From contig NW_003314270.1 in assembly GCF_000143415.4 (NCBI RefSeq), positions 742,453-806,452 on the forward strand: a stretch of DNA of 64,000 nucleotides, given 5' to 3'. The notes beneath the pieces are model-generated. The model worked only from the letters and a program-made list of their open reading frames with translations. It was not told the origin of the DNA and searched no databases. The DNA is from Selaginella moellendorffii (lineage: Eukaryota > Plantae > Lycopodiophyta). Positions 1 to 12,100 of this stretch are shown piece after piece; the stretch's first letter is position 1, and each line of letters opens with the position of its first letter. A program made the position numbers and the translations under genes.

Positions 1-647
1 TGGCATTGACATCAAGCGGATTGTCGTGATCACAAGTTTGGGATTGATGCTCGTAGGTCCTACTCTTCACTTTTGGTAAATCACTGCCTTTTGTTTGCTT
101 GTTTGTTTTCTCATTGCTCGATCGTTTGATAAACTTACAGGTACTTGACTTTGAGCAAGGTAGTGAAAATCGGTGGAGTGAAGGGAACTGGCATTCGACT
201 TTTCCTTGACCAGGTTAGTTTCGTGATCCTCCAACTTCTCGTCCAACCTTCAGTGTTATTTTTTGTAGCTTTTCTTCTCCCCGCTCTTTATCGGAGTATT
301 TTTCATTTGCTTGCTTACATTGGAAGGGCGGCCTTCAGATATCGGTCCGAAACTAAGCCGGGTTTGTATTACTATTGTGTTCTCGCTTGTCTCCTAATGC
401 CTGTGAACTTCCAGGATTGGCCATCAGCAGTCATTACCAATTGGAAGTTGTGGGTGCCGTTCCAGTTTATCAACTTCATGTTCGTTCCTCAGAAGCTCCA
501 GGTTGATTTTTTCTTGTGTTCTGACGAACGTGGATTTTGACAATTCTCTTGGATGCGTAGGTCGGTTTTAGCAATATCATTGCTCTAGTCTGGAACGCCT
601 ACCTATCTTTCGCGACGCACACCGAGGTCGACTCAAAGAGTCACTGA
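1..647 (+). CDS. Mpv17/PMP22 family membrane protein, 3' exons (5' end outside window)
   Basis: Spliced exons give ...GLMLVGPTLHFWYLTL...LFLDQ...ITNWKLWVPFQFINFMFVPQKLQVGFSNIIALVWNAYLSF, the Mpv17/PMP22 signature. GT-AG introns; TGA at 645-647. Confidence 0.9.
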
Positions 648-939
648 AGAGCTAAGTTTTTGTTGCGACGAGTTGGAGGTGGTGTGTTGGCCGTTTTTGC
701 AAAGGAGGCCTAACAAGCCACTAACTCACGTGAATTTTTCTTCAAGTTTTGAGTTGAATATACACATACGGTTTGGTCTTTGCAAAGCTTCATCACAGGC
801 AAAGGAGCTTATTCTTCGAGGCACGCCACGAGTTCCATATCTTTTTCAGCCAAGTTAATGTAAGCCGCTTCACATTCTCCCCGTCAAAACTCCCGTATTA
901 AAGCTCGCTCTTTCTTGCCTCGCAGGAGTGTGGTCGATC

Positions 940-2337
940 ATGGCAGCCTCGTTGAGTGGCAAAACCTCGTTCTTGCATCTTTGTTCATACTGTTTCTTCG
1001 TTTTCCTCTCAATGCAGGTTGAAGCTATCGTCCCAGGCCTTTCGTCCAACCGGTACGAAGTTTTGATCCTTCTCTCAATTATCTTTTTGTTTTCCACAGG
1101 ACGCGGAGTTTACTGCAAACTTTGAGCACAGGCAACGCTATAGACGATTGCCGAAAAAGTGCCGTCGACTGGAACAGCGATCGAATGCACATGGCCGGCT
1201 GTGGAATCGGGTTTGGCAGCGGTGCCTTCGGCGGAGCTAACGGGAACTACTACACGGTGACAGACCCGAGCGACGATCCACTGAATCCACAGCCGGGAAC
1301 GCTCCGCTACGCAGTGATCCAGGAAGAGCCGGTGTGGATTGTCTTCCAGAGCGACATGACCATCACTCTCCGGAACGAGCTCGTAGTCAACAGCCACAAA
1401 ACTTTAGATGGACGAGGAGCAAGCGTTCACATCGCCCACGGCGCATGCATCACGATCTTCCGGGCTAGCCGCGTGATCATCCACGGCCTAAACATCCATC
1501 ACTGCGTCACGACCGAGGGAGGATGGGTGGCGACCAAGCCGGGCCACTTAAGTCACCGGGGCCGAGCCGACGGCGATGGGATCCGGGTCTTTGAGTCGCA
1601 CCACGTCTGGATCGACCACAACAGCTTCTGGGAGTGTCACGACGGCCTCGTCGACGTTCTTCACGGCTCAAACTTCATCACCATCTCCAACAATCACTTC
1701 CACGACCACGACAAGGTTACGTGTTCTTTTAAGTTGTAGCGTTTTTCTTTCTCTTCTTGACTGGAAACCATGTAGGTGATGCTTCTGGGCCATGCTGACG
1801 AGTCGGAGCTCGACCATGATATGAAGATCACGGTGGTTTACAACAGGTTTGGACCCAGATGCGTGCAGCGAATGCCCAGGTGCTTTATTTTCCCAGTTCT
1901 TCAATAGAACTCTTGAAAACTTTATTCTATAGATGCCGGTTTGGATACTTCCATGTAGCAGACAATGACTACCACGCCTGGGAGATGTATGCGATCGGTG
2001 GTAGCGCTCATCCCACGATTATCAGTCAAGGAAACCGCTTCCTTGCCTCGGACAACCGAGACGCAAAGGAAGTAAGTCCAATATCTCGCTGAGAATTTCT
2101 TTGGCACTGACAAAACAGAGAGCACAGATCACCAAGCGCGTCGGCCACGCCGGGGATTGGATCTCCATCGACGACGTGTTCCTGAATGGAGCGTTCTTCG
2201 TGGAGTCGGGGAGGGGAGACTTGATCTCCAGATACACCCCCGAGCAACAATTCGAAGTGAAATCTGGAAGCCAAGTTACGGCGATGACCGCCGAGGTAGG
2301 AGTTCTAAAGTGCCAATCCAGTCTCGCAACTTGCTAA
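940..2337 (+). CDS. Pectate lyase (PL1 family), secreted
   Basis: Hydrophobic N-terminus from ATG 940; motifs [50 protein letters not shown]|CRFG, YAIGGS across spliced exons. Confidence 0.93.
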
Positions 2338-2432
2338 AGTTCTTCCTAGTGGAAAGCCAAGGTAGAAACGATATAGAAGTCGAGTGATTGAAATAACCAA
2401 AACTTTCTTTCAAAGGCACATCATACTTTCCT

Positions 2433-3812
2433 CTACTCATCGTCTTCGGCCGCGTTGAGTGCTTTGATCCGGTTGATGAGATTGGCCTTGCGCTGCTCGT
2501 AAGAGAGCTTCGTGGGTTTAACCCTGGAAAGACAAAACCAAAGGAACCATGTCAGTGAAAGCGAGATATAATCCAAAGGAAGTATACTCACTTCTTGTGA
2601 GGACCGTGATCCTTCTTTGGTGGAGGCTCCCGGGGGCTTGGGTCCGCGCGAATCGCAGCATGGACCTTGGTGTAGAGCTCTTCCAAGCTCTCCGGCTCGA
2701 CGCCTTCCTTGATGAATTGGCTGAAGTGAGATTGGTACTTCTCGGGATCCTCATCTTTTAGTTTCTGGAAGAAGAGATAAACGTGAGCTCTCCACAAGAA
2801 GAATGAGAATGAGAATGAGAGGCCTCGAATACCAGCATGTAAGCAGCAACGTGCCCGCCATAGATATACTTCCGGTGCACTTCGGCATTCAGGGACTTGT
2901 CCTCCTTGCTGTAGCCGGCAAAACGTTTCTCGCTGTGCGGGATATCTAGTCCACCGTCCAATGCACCCTGTGAAGTAAGAAAAAAAGAAACTTTGTAACA
3001 GAGGAACTCGGAAAACTCGACAAACCTTCAAGGCACCAAAGACTCGGTTGCCCGTTGTAGTCCGGACGAGGCCAACATCAAGAAGGGCCCTGAATGGACG
3101 CCTGTTCTCGTCCAGAGTTTCAACGTTGTAGTCCTCACCATTCACCTGTGTCCCGAGCGTAAGAACAAATAGAGAGAAAGAAGTAAAAGTTACATCAGTG
3201 TTTCCCTCGTAGATGTCAGCCATGCCCATTTTCGTGAGCAGCCTCCTTGCCAGCAGCAACCCCGTGCAGTAAGCTACAAACGAAGTCATAGAAAACGTGA
3301 GAAAAAAAAATGGTTTGGCAAGGCAAAGATAGAGAATTACCAGCCGCGTAGTTTGTGAGGCCAACCTTGAGACCATAGCGCGGCAATTCGTGCGCGTAGG
3401 CAGCAGCCATGATCACATCTCCAGCAATAGTAGCATATGCGATCTGGGCGACAATGTCCTTGTTGGACTAACACAAAATCAAAACAAAAAACGTAAGCTT
3501 TTCCAGTTTTCCAAATGATAAAGGAGACAGAACTTACAAAGCGAACGACGAATCGGTACTTCGGTGTGTTGTATTTGTTCTTGTCCTGATTCGTCAAGCG
3601 CACCCGAGCCCGATAATCGGTCTTGCCCTCTAGAGATGAAGCGAAGAGAAATGTGAAATTTCAAGCTCCAAGAATCCAAATCGTTACCTCTTCGGCGGCG
3701 GTACTTGACCTGGTACCTCTTGTAGTAGGATTTGGATTTCTGCGCCCTGGCGACTGCCTGCGATGGACGAAAATTTGAGATCTAGCGGCATTGATCCACA
3801 GGCGCTTACCAT
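2433..3812 (-). CDS. RPL5: 60S ribosomal protein L5 (uL18)
   Basis: Exons encode [82 protein letters not shown]. First coding exon is the ATG alone (3810-3812) followed by GTAAG; TAG at 2433-2435. Confidence 0.97.
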
Positions 3813-4109
3813 GGCTGCGCTGCCAGAAACCCGCTAGAACCCTAAGCGCTAGAACCCTAAACACTAGGGCGGCCGCAAGATATCCAACGGCTGAGATCTT
3901 TCAGGGTTCACGGGGTAATTTTCCCGCCAAATAGGTAAATCGAAGTTAAAATCAGGGCTATGGAAGATTGCGCCATCGCCCTAGCGCCGGAGGAGCTTTG
4001 GATCCGAGAGGTATGATGCTACTGCTGGCGCTTCCCAAAACCCTAGCGCTGGTGTTGATCGGAGGAAATGCCGCCCGGGCAGTGAGTGCCAGGGTTTGAT
4101 CCAAGCTCA
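3813..4109. promoter_or_regulatory. Compact bidirectional promoter RPL5/WRAP73 with telo-box-like AACCCTA motifs
   Basis: Divergent ATGs ~300 bp apart; AACCCTA at ~3838, 3853 and 4039. Confidence 0.6.
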
Positions 4110-5827
4110 ATGGAGTTCAGCGACACCTACAAATACAGCGGCCCCTGTGCGTTCTCTCCGAATGCTCGATTTCTCGCCGTCGCTGTGGAGGCCAGGCTTG
4201 TAATTCGCGACGCTGTGAGCCTCAAGGTACTGTGATCTCTTTCTTTGCTGGTTTTGTTCTTCTTTCCAATGTAAGTTCTTTGAGTTTTTCTTTGGAACTA
4301 TTTTTGTTTCACAGGTCGTGCAGCTCTACTCTTGCCTCGATAAGATCAGCCATGTAGAATGGGCACCCGACTCGGAGTATGTTCTTTGTGCGCTGTTCAA
4401 GCGCGCGATGGTGCAAGCTTGGTCGGTGTCACAGCCCGAATGGACGTGTAAGATCGACGAGGGTCCTGCCGGGATCGCTCACGCGAGATGGAGTCCGGAC
4501 AGTCGACACATTCTCACCACCTCCGACTTCCAGCTTCGTCTCACGGTTTGGTCTCTCGTGAGCACCGCGTGTGTTCACGTCCAGTGGCCCAAGCATGCTG
4601 CTCGAGGCGTGTCCTTCACTCAGGACGGGAAGTTTGTAGCGATTGCTACGCGCCGGGACTGTAAGGACTATGTTCACTTGCTGGCGAGTAACTCTTGGGA
4701 AGGAATGGGGACTTTTGCCGTGGATACTGTGGACCTTGCTGATCTTGAGTGGTCGCCAAACGATAACACGATCGCCGTTTGGGACTCATCGCTCGAGTAT
4801 AAGGTAAGTCGCTCTTCTTTCTTTCTTTTTTCTCTTGTCAACCATTGTGTTGTTTTTTCCAGGTCCTTGTGTATTCCCCAGATGGCCGTTGTTTGTTTAA
4901 GTACCAAGCTTACGAGAATGCTCTGGGTGTAAGAACAGTCGCATGGTCGCCGTGCGGCGAGTTTTTGGGTGTAGGTAGCTATGACCAGATCGCTCGCGTT
5001 TTGAACCATTTGACATGGAAGCCCGTTGCTGAGTTCACGCATACGAGCTCCGTGAAAGGACCAGCAACTGCTGTGGTATTTAAGGTACGCGTTTACGTTT
5101 GTGGTTTTGCTTCTTACTCACGCGAGTTTCTCTGAGCAGGAAATAGAGGAGCCTTTTGACATGTCAAGCCTGTATCTGACTGATGACAGAGAGAACGAAA
5201 TTTTCCAGAATGGTACGAGTATATCATATCGTTGTGTTGAGATGGACGACGCTTTAAAGTTGCTGTTTCCACTCAGAAAATTCTGGCGACTCTCATGTAC
5301 GAGTGCGATACAAAGTTGCTGATATTCCAGTCAGCATTGCTGCTCAGAAGCCGCCCGCCGACAAGCCAAATCCAAAGCAAGGCATCGGTACGCGTTTTTT
5401 TTTTTTTTTTTTTTTTGTTGTGATTCATGGTTTCTAAAAACATAATGTGATCGCAGGTCTGTTGGCTTGGAGTGCTGACAGTCGATATTTGCTTAGCCGC
5501 AACGAAAACATGCCAACAGCACTATGGATATGGGACATCTCCCGGTTGGAGCTCGCAGCGCTTTTGATCCAGAGAGAACCAATCCGTGCTGCTGCTTGGG
5601 ACCCAGTGTCTCCGCGCCTGGCCCTGTGCACTGGAAGCTCGCAGCTCTACATGTGGACTCCCGCAGGAGCTTGCTGCGTTAACGTTCCACTTTCAGAGTT
5701 CCTGGTGACCGATCTCAAATGGAACCCGGATGGCTCGTCACTGGTGCTGCTCAAAGACCGAGAAGCTTTCAGCTGCACGTTCGTACCGATGCTTTCCGAG
5801 TTTGAAGGTGAAGAACAGGTCAGCTAA
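4110..5827 (+). CDS. WRAP73: WRAP73/WDR8-like WD40 protein
   Basis: MEFSDTYKYSGPCAFSPNARFLAVAV...LYSCLDKISHVEWAPDSEY...WTCKIDEGPAG...WSPDSRHILTTSDFQLRLTVWSL...NPKQGIG...RNENMPTALWIWD; matches the WDR8/WRAP73 family from recall. Confidence 0.9.
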
Positions 5828-6365
5828 ACTTATTTCTAGCTAGTTTAGATGTTATTGATATGTTAACAACATCATTGTAAGCTTTGAGTTTCACGGATCT
5901 CGTTCCAGGTAACTCTTTTCTTTGTTTCCTTTCTTGTTCTTGATCTAATGTCGAGCTTCTGCAGCTTTAAGTTCCATAGCTTTTTTCTTGGTATCAACTT
6001 TCCGGCCTCGTCCGAGGTCAGCTAAAGTTTTTCATTCGGCTTGAATTACTTGGTATCAAGAGAACAAGTCAGCTCTGTTTATTTCTAGCTACTTTAGTTG
6101 TCATTGATATGGTAACGTGATTGTCAGCTTTGAGATTCACACATATCGTTCCAGGTAGCTCTTTTCATTTTTTTCTTTTCTTGTTCTTGTTCTTGTTCTT
6201 TTCGTGGAGCTTTTGCAGCTTCGAGTTTCATAGCTTTTTTCTTCAGCTAGAGTTTTCCATTCTCTTTTCTTAGCTGGAGTTTCGTATCAAGTTTTCTATC
6301 AGGTCAGCTATGGTTTTCCTGACATGGTATCAAGTTTCCTATCAGGTCAGCTATGGTTTTCCTGG
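5817..6365. repeat. Degenerate local tandem duplication (~250-bp unit, plus a ~40-bp duplication at ~6285-6365)
   Basis: gtcagct...ttatttctagcta...ttgatatg...gctttgag...tcgttccaggta at ~5819 and ~6068; tatcaagttt..tatcaggtcagctatggttttcctg occurs twice. Confidence 0.75.
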
Positions 6366-6424
6366 CTCGAGGTTCTAACGCGATCTAAAAGTTCTCATGT
6401 CGAAGAGATAGCCAGCGTTGTCCA

Positions 6425-8551
6425 ATGCAAGCACCACCATGCTCGAATGGCTTGCCTCGACTATTCAATCACCAGCAGCAAATCCTGGACGAGCTCTCCT
6501 CCATGGATGTTCTCTCGGCGCTGGACTGGATGGACCACTCGCGCCTCCCAATCACAGTCCCACTCTACGAGTCCCTCATCCGGCGCTGCGCGAATCCACA
6601 CTCCCTGGAGGCCGGGCGATCCATCCACGCCCACATCCTCCGCCACGGCTATGGCGGCGAGCGATTCCTCCTCAACACCCTCGTCGAGATGTACTGCAAA
6701 TGCGACAGCCTGCGCGACGCCACCGCCGTATTCGAGCTCGTCGCCTGCGAGAGGATCGCGTTTCCCTGGAACATCCTCATCGCGGCAAATGCCCAGAGGG
6801 GGCAAAGCCGCGAATCCATCGCGCTCTACCGCCGGATGAGCTGCGAGGGAGTGAAGCCCAACGCGATCACGCTGGTGAGCGTGCTGGGCGCCTGCGCGAA
6901 CCTGGAAGACCTAAAAACCGGCCGCGAGATCCACCGCTCCCACGTCCTGGGAGCACGGAGCCGTCCGTACGAGCGGCCCATGCCGGTGGACGCGGTCATG
7001 GCCACCGCGCTGGTGACCATGTACGGGCGGTGCGGCAGCGTCGCGGACGCGCGGGCGGTGTTTGAGGGCATCTGCGGGAGGGATCTCGCGGCATGGAACG
7101 CCATGGTGGCGGCATATTCCCGGAATGGGCAAATGGCCCAGGCGGTGCTGGTTCTGCGGCGAATGGCCGTAGAGGGCGTACGGCCGGGCGAGGGCACTTT
7201 CGTCGGGATGCTGAGCTGGTGCTGTACGGTGGGCGCCCTGGACGAGGCCAGGTCCATCCACGCGCACATTCTGGCCACTGGGCTCGAGTCTCGACCCACG
7301 GTTGGGACCACGCTCGTGAGCATGTACGGCCGTTGCGGCAGCCTAGGCGGTGCCGTACGTGCTTTCCAGCGGATTCGAGACAAGGACATTGTGGCCTGGA
7401 ATGCGATGATCGCGGCGTATGCCCAGAGCGGGCATAGCAGGGACACGATCCGGATATACCACGTCATGGATCTGGAGGGCGTTAGGGTTGACAAGGTGAC
7501 GCTCATCGGCGTCCTGGATGCCTGCGCCAGCCTCGCGCTCACCTCGAAAACGCGGTTGGTCCATGCTCGGATTGTGGACACTGGCGTGGAGCTGGACGTG
7601 GTGCTTGGAACTGCGCTTGTGAATGCCTATGCCCGTGGAGGGCATCTCGTGGATGCTGATCTCGTGTTTGCGGAGATGGAGGAGAGGAACGTCGCGACGT
7701 GGTCGGCGATGGTAGCAGCATATGCCCAAACCGGGCATCCCGACCGGTCGCTGGAAATGTACCGGGAGATGCAGCTCCAAGGGCTCCGCCCAAACTATAT
7801 CACCTACGTGAGCATCCTCTTTGCTTGCAACCACGCCGGGCTCCTCGACCATGGTCTCGGCTATTTCGCGTCCATGGGGAGAGACTACGGGATCGAGTCC
7901 TGCGAGGAGCACTGCAGCTGCATTGTGGATTTGCTGGGCCGGGCCGGACGGCTGGACGAGGCCGAGGCGCTCATGGCCAGCGTTCCGTACAGGCTGGGAA
8001 TATCCGCGTGGATGTGCCTGCTCGGGGCGTGCCGGACGCACGGTGACGTGGAGAGGGGGTCCCGCGTGGCGAGGCGGGCGTTCCAGGTGGAATCCGGGGA
8101 GGTGGCTCCGTACGTGGCCCTGTCCAATATGTATGCCGGCCACGGCATGTGGGACGAGGTCTCCAGGGTACGGCAGCTCATGGCCAACACTCTGGACAAG
8201 TCCACGGGCAAGAGTTTCGTGGAGATTGATGGGCGGCTCCACGAGTTTATCCAAGGCGATGAGACACACCCTGAGAAAGATTCCATCCAAGCCAATATCC
8301 TGGAGCTCGAGCTAGATTCTCCCACGGTTCCTTTGTTCCACCGCCACCACAGTGAGAAAGTGGCGGTGGCGTTTGCGATGCTCAAGACGAGCGGCGAGAT
8401 CCCCCTGCGCGTGGTGAGCAGCCTGGGAATATGCCACGAGTGCCACGCCTTCATGAAGGGCATCTCCAAGAGATGCCGCAGGGAGATCGTGGTGAGGGAC
8501 GCCGAGATGCTCCATCGGTTCGACGGTGGATCATGCTCGTGCGGACGTTAG
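6425..8551 (+). CDS. PLS-class PPR protein with E and DYW-type deaminase domain (organellar RNA editing factor)
   Basis: Intronless 708-aa ORF with MYGRCGS/WNAMIAAYAQ repeats, CIVDLLGRAG, E motif, HSEK...CHECH and REIVVRD...CSCGR. Confidence 0.93.
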   Translation: MQAPPCSNGLPRLFNHQQQILDELSSMDVLSALDWMDHSRLPITVPLYESLIRRCANPHSLEAGRSIHAHILRHGYGGERFLLNTLVEMYCKCDSLRDATAVFELVACERIAFPWNILIAANAQRGQSRESIALYRRMSCEGVKPNAITLVSVLGACANLEDLKTGREIHRSHVLGARSRPYERPMPVDAVMATALVTMYGRCGSVADARAVFEGICGRDLAAWNAMVAAYSRNGQMAQAVLVLRRMAVEGVRPGEGTFVGMLSWCCTVGALDEARSIHAHILATGLESRPTVGTTLVSMYGRCGSLGGAVRAFQRIRDKDIVAWNAMIAAYAQSGHSRDTIRIYHVMDLEGVRVDKVTLIGVLDACASLALTSKTRLVHARIVDTGVELDVVLGTALVNAYARGGHLVDADLVFAEMEERNVATWSAMVAAYAQTGHPDRSLEMYREMQLQGLRPNYITYVSILFACNHAGLLDHGLGYFASMGRDYGIESCEEHCSCIVDLLGRAGRLDEAEALMASVPYRLGISAWMCLLGACRTHGDVERGSRVARRAFQVESGEVAPYVALSNMYAGHGMWDEVSRVRQLMANTLDKSTGKSFVEIDGRLHEFIQGDETHPEKDSIQANILELELDSPTVPLFHRHHSEKVAVAFAMLKTSGEIPLRVVSSLGICHECHAFMKGISKRCRREIVVRDAEMLHRFDGGSCSCGR

Positions 8552-8716
8552 CGAAAGTGACACGCGGCCGCCTCGCGACGTGGCGAAAATGTAGGAATGC
8601 TAGCGGCGCCCACCAATCACGTTGCGGTATTTTGAAACACTCTCATTAGCTTTGTCAGGTCGGCATGCTATGTAATGTCATGATTGCTGTATAGGAAGGA
8701 TTAGTATATACATGTC

Positions 8717-8962
8717 CATGCATGCATGCCCGTACGTTTATACCTTTTAAAAATATAGCAAACTACCTTTTAGTGGAATACACCTGGCATTTTTATTGTA
8801 AATCCTCGGTTATATTTATCTTCACTTAAGGGCCGGCCACTACCCTCGTTCCAATCCAACGGCGCGCGATAGAGCTCTTTACCAGAATATTCTTTCCACG
8901 ACGGAATATACCGTGGAATGGTTAAAAACGTGTGCGTTTATATGTCGTCGTGCATGCATGCA
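8717..8962. promoter_or_regulatory. RY/Sph repeats upstream of the VAL gene
   Basis: CATGCATGCATGC at 8717-8729 and CATGCATGCA at 8953-8962. Confidence 0.6.
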
Positions 8963-9178
8963 CGCACGCACTCACTCGACCCCATTTCTTCGGCGTGATC
9001 CAGTCGCCCCGCGAGTGATTTGGCGCTCGCGATCGAGGCGCCAGGGTTTCGATTAGATAGGCATTGCGGTTTTCCAGGGCCAGGGCGGCGCCATTGCGCT
9101 GCGTGGTAGATCACACAACCCTGGGACTCGTTTGGTGCTAGGGCTCGAGTGATCCATCGCAGGGACGAGGTGCTGGCT

Positions 9179-12100
9179 ATGGCGTCGAGCGGCGGCGGCG
9201 GCGGCATCGCGCAGCTTGCAAAGGTACGCCGCCGTGAAATCTTTTGCGCGCCGCGCGTCTCGATCTTCGATATTACGGCCTGGCGATCCATGGCTTGCGT
9301 GCGTCGCACGCCTTGCGTGGGAAATTTTGCTCGCGTCCTGTGCATATGGCAGCTTTTCTTCCCCGCTCGAGCTTCTCCTTCTTCTTCTCCCCTTTTTTGA
9401 CTTCTTTCCTTCTTGCGCTTCGTTTGTGTGAGTGTCTTGTGTGCGTGTGGAGTGATGATCTTTGGAAGCGTGCATTGTGACTAATTCCTTGTGAAAATAC
9501 TCTTGCAGTGAGGATCGCGACACTCTGTTTGGGTTTACGTGGACTTGGTCGTGACTATGGACGAGAAACTAGTATAGTACAGTACTAGGAATGGGGCTCT
9601 CATGAAGAACAGAACACACAGGGACAGGGAGAATAGGAGATAGAACGAAGATGGGGGCCTCTTAGTTTTGCACAGAGGAGGGGCTGGGCAGTTTTCTCTG
9701 CGGTGGACGGTGCTGCAATGGAGCCCACACGGCACAAAGCGTGCATGAATGTCAGATGTGAGGCGATCGAGAGCGCAGCATGGAAGCGAGGATGGCGGCT
9801 CCGCTCCGGCGACCGAGCTGATTTATGCACAGACTGTGGGTATGTGATTCTATCCTTCACGTAGTGGCTGCCTTCTTTAGCTTTTAGATTAGTGTTGTGG
9901 TGTTTTGCATCTTGGGTTGCTGTGAGCTCGGCTGATCCTGCAAGTCTCACCCACATCACGTTTCTTTTTTTCTTCAGTCGCGAGAGACCTTGACTGTTTT
10001 TTCTCTTTCTGGTTTGCGGTGTTACCAGTTCGGCGTTTGAGCTGTCACGCTTTTGCGAAAAGTTTCATGCGTATGATCCCGGGTGGAGAAGTTGCATTGC
10101 GTGCGGAAAGGTAATATAGCTCTAATGTTTAGAAGGATCGGCCTGGATTCGCCGCTTCCAAGTAGTCGCAGAGGGTTTTACTAGAGAGCATGGGATGCAT
10201 CGTCTTTTGGAAGTTCACGTCTGACCAGTGTTTTTGTGTGAACTTGCAGGGTCTCCATTGTGGATGTATAGCTTCCATTCATCTTTTTGTGCTTTTGGAT
10301 ACGGGAGGAGTTTCCTGCCGAGGTTGTGTCGATCTTAGAGAGTCTCGCAACGTGGTGCGTAGCTTCTTTTTTCTTTTTTCTGATTTTCCATTGTTCTCAT
10401 TTCCTTTTTTTTCAGCAAGGCATTTTGGGGGGATTCTCCTACGATAGTGACTTAGGAAAGGAACAGGAAGAAAACCTTATTCTCAAGCCAAAGTCTGAAG
10501 TAGATTTTGAGCAGAAAATGGCGGCGACTGGTAGCGAAGACGAAAAGGTTAGAGGTGTCGCAGAGGAATTGTCGGCAAAACGGGAAGTTACTTACATGGA
10601 AGAGATGGAAAAGCTAGCGGTTACAAGGGAATCACCTGGAACTCAAACCGAGGTGGCGAGCCTGAATACCTCTTTAGGCTTGGGGATGGGGATAAAAGTT
10701 GATGACACAGCAGCTGGTAATCTTTTCCAAACGGAAAGTCCAGCTTCAGGTGGCGAAGCCAAGGAAAATCCTTCGAAGTATTCACCGATTCCATATCGAC
10801 CACGACATCGGCAGGTTGGGAAGCAACCAGTTCCACCGCGTGTTCCGCTCTCAGGGGCTGCACCTGAACCAACTAACGACCCGAGAGTTGCACGTCCTCC
10901 TGCTGATAGTAAAGGGAGGAACCAGCTTTTGCCTCGCTACTGGCCTCGGATTACAGACCAGGAAATTCAACAGTTCACTTCTGGAGAGTAAGTTGTTCGC
11001 TCTCCTTTTTTCTTCTTGTTTTTCTTATGACTCATTTGTTTCCAGCTCTAAAATTACACCCCTGTTCGAGAAAGTACTCAGTGCCAGTGACGCTGGACGT
11101 ATTGGACGATTGGTTCTTCCAAAAGCATGTGCGGAGGTCTGCATGTTCTTTTGTCCTTTTCATTGGCATTGTGCGACTGTGTTTTGATGCAGGCGTATTT
11201 TCCCACGATTTCACAAGCTGAAGGCCTTCCGCTAAGAATTAATGACATCAGTGGGAGGGAGTGGCAATTCCAGTTCCGTTTCTGGCCAAATAACAACAGT
11301 CGCATGTATGTACTAGAAGGTGTTACACCATGTATACAGGCTATGCATCTCCAAGCCGGTGACACAGGTATGATACCATGACAAGTTTCTGTTTCATGTC
11401 TTCAACAATGCCTTTTCTGGTTCCAGTCACTTTCAGCCGTCTAGAACCAGAAGGAAAACTTATAATGGGATATAGGAAGGCACAGGTAAGCTATTTACTA
11501 CAACAGTAACATGAATGAATCTGGCATAAGCCTCTTCAGGATTCTGGGGACAGTGAGTACCCCGGTGCTAAACAGACAGATTACAAATCAAAAGCTAAGG
11601 AAACTCAATCAACTCTTTCAGCGGATAAAAGAAGGGGTCGGCCTCTAGGAGCAAAGAGCAAGAGACTTCGTCTAGATAGTGAAGACTCATTGGAGTTGAA
11701 GACAAGCTGGGAAGAAGCTCAGGAGTTGTTAAGACCGCCTCCCGGGGTCACGCCCAGCTTCGTCACTATCGACGGCCATCAATTTGAAGAGTACGAGGTA
11801 CTTCGGTTTGTAGTCATTCTGCATATATTTAAGCTGTATGGACAACCTGCAGGAGCCTCCTGTTCTTACGAAGAAAACGGTGACGAGGACCAAACCTTCG
11901 GGGTAAGAAGCTCTCAATTTCGTTCTTCCACTAGCCTCTCGTGCGCTGCAGGGAGCAAGACCGCTGGGTGCAATGCGATGATTGTGCAAAGTTTAGGCGG
12001 GTTCCTCTTGACATATTTATACACACAAGATGGACTTGTACCGACAACGTCTGGGACTTGAAAAGGTAGAGAGATTTCTATACAGCATGCAGAGTGAGTG

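Noticed and set aside
6324-8649. Many long overlapping or antisense ORFs across the PPR gene (likewise in the VAL, LRR, WD40 and CDKF regions)
   Set aside because: Shadow ORFs expected from GC-rich codon usage; no recognisable domains.
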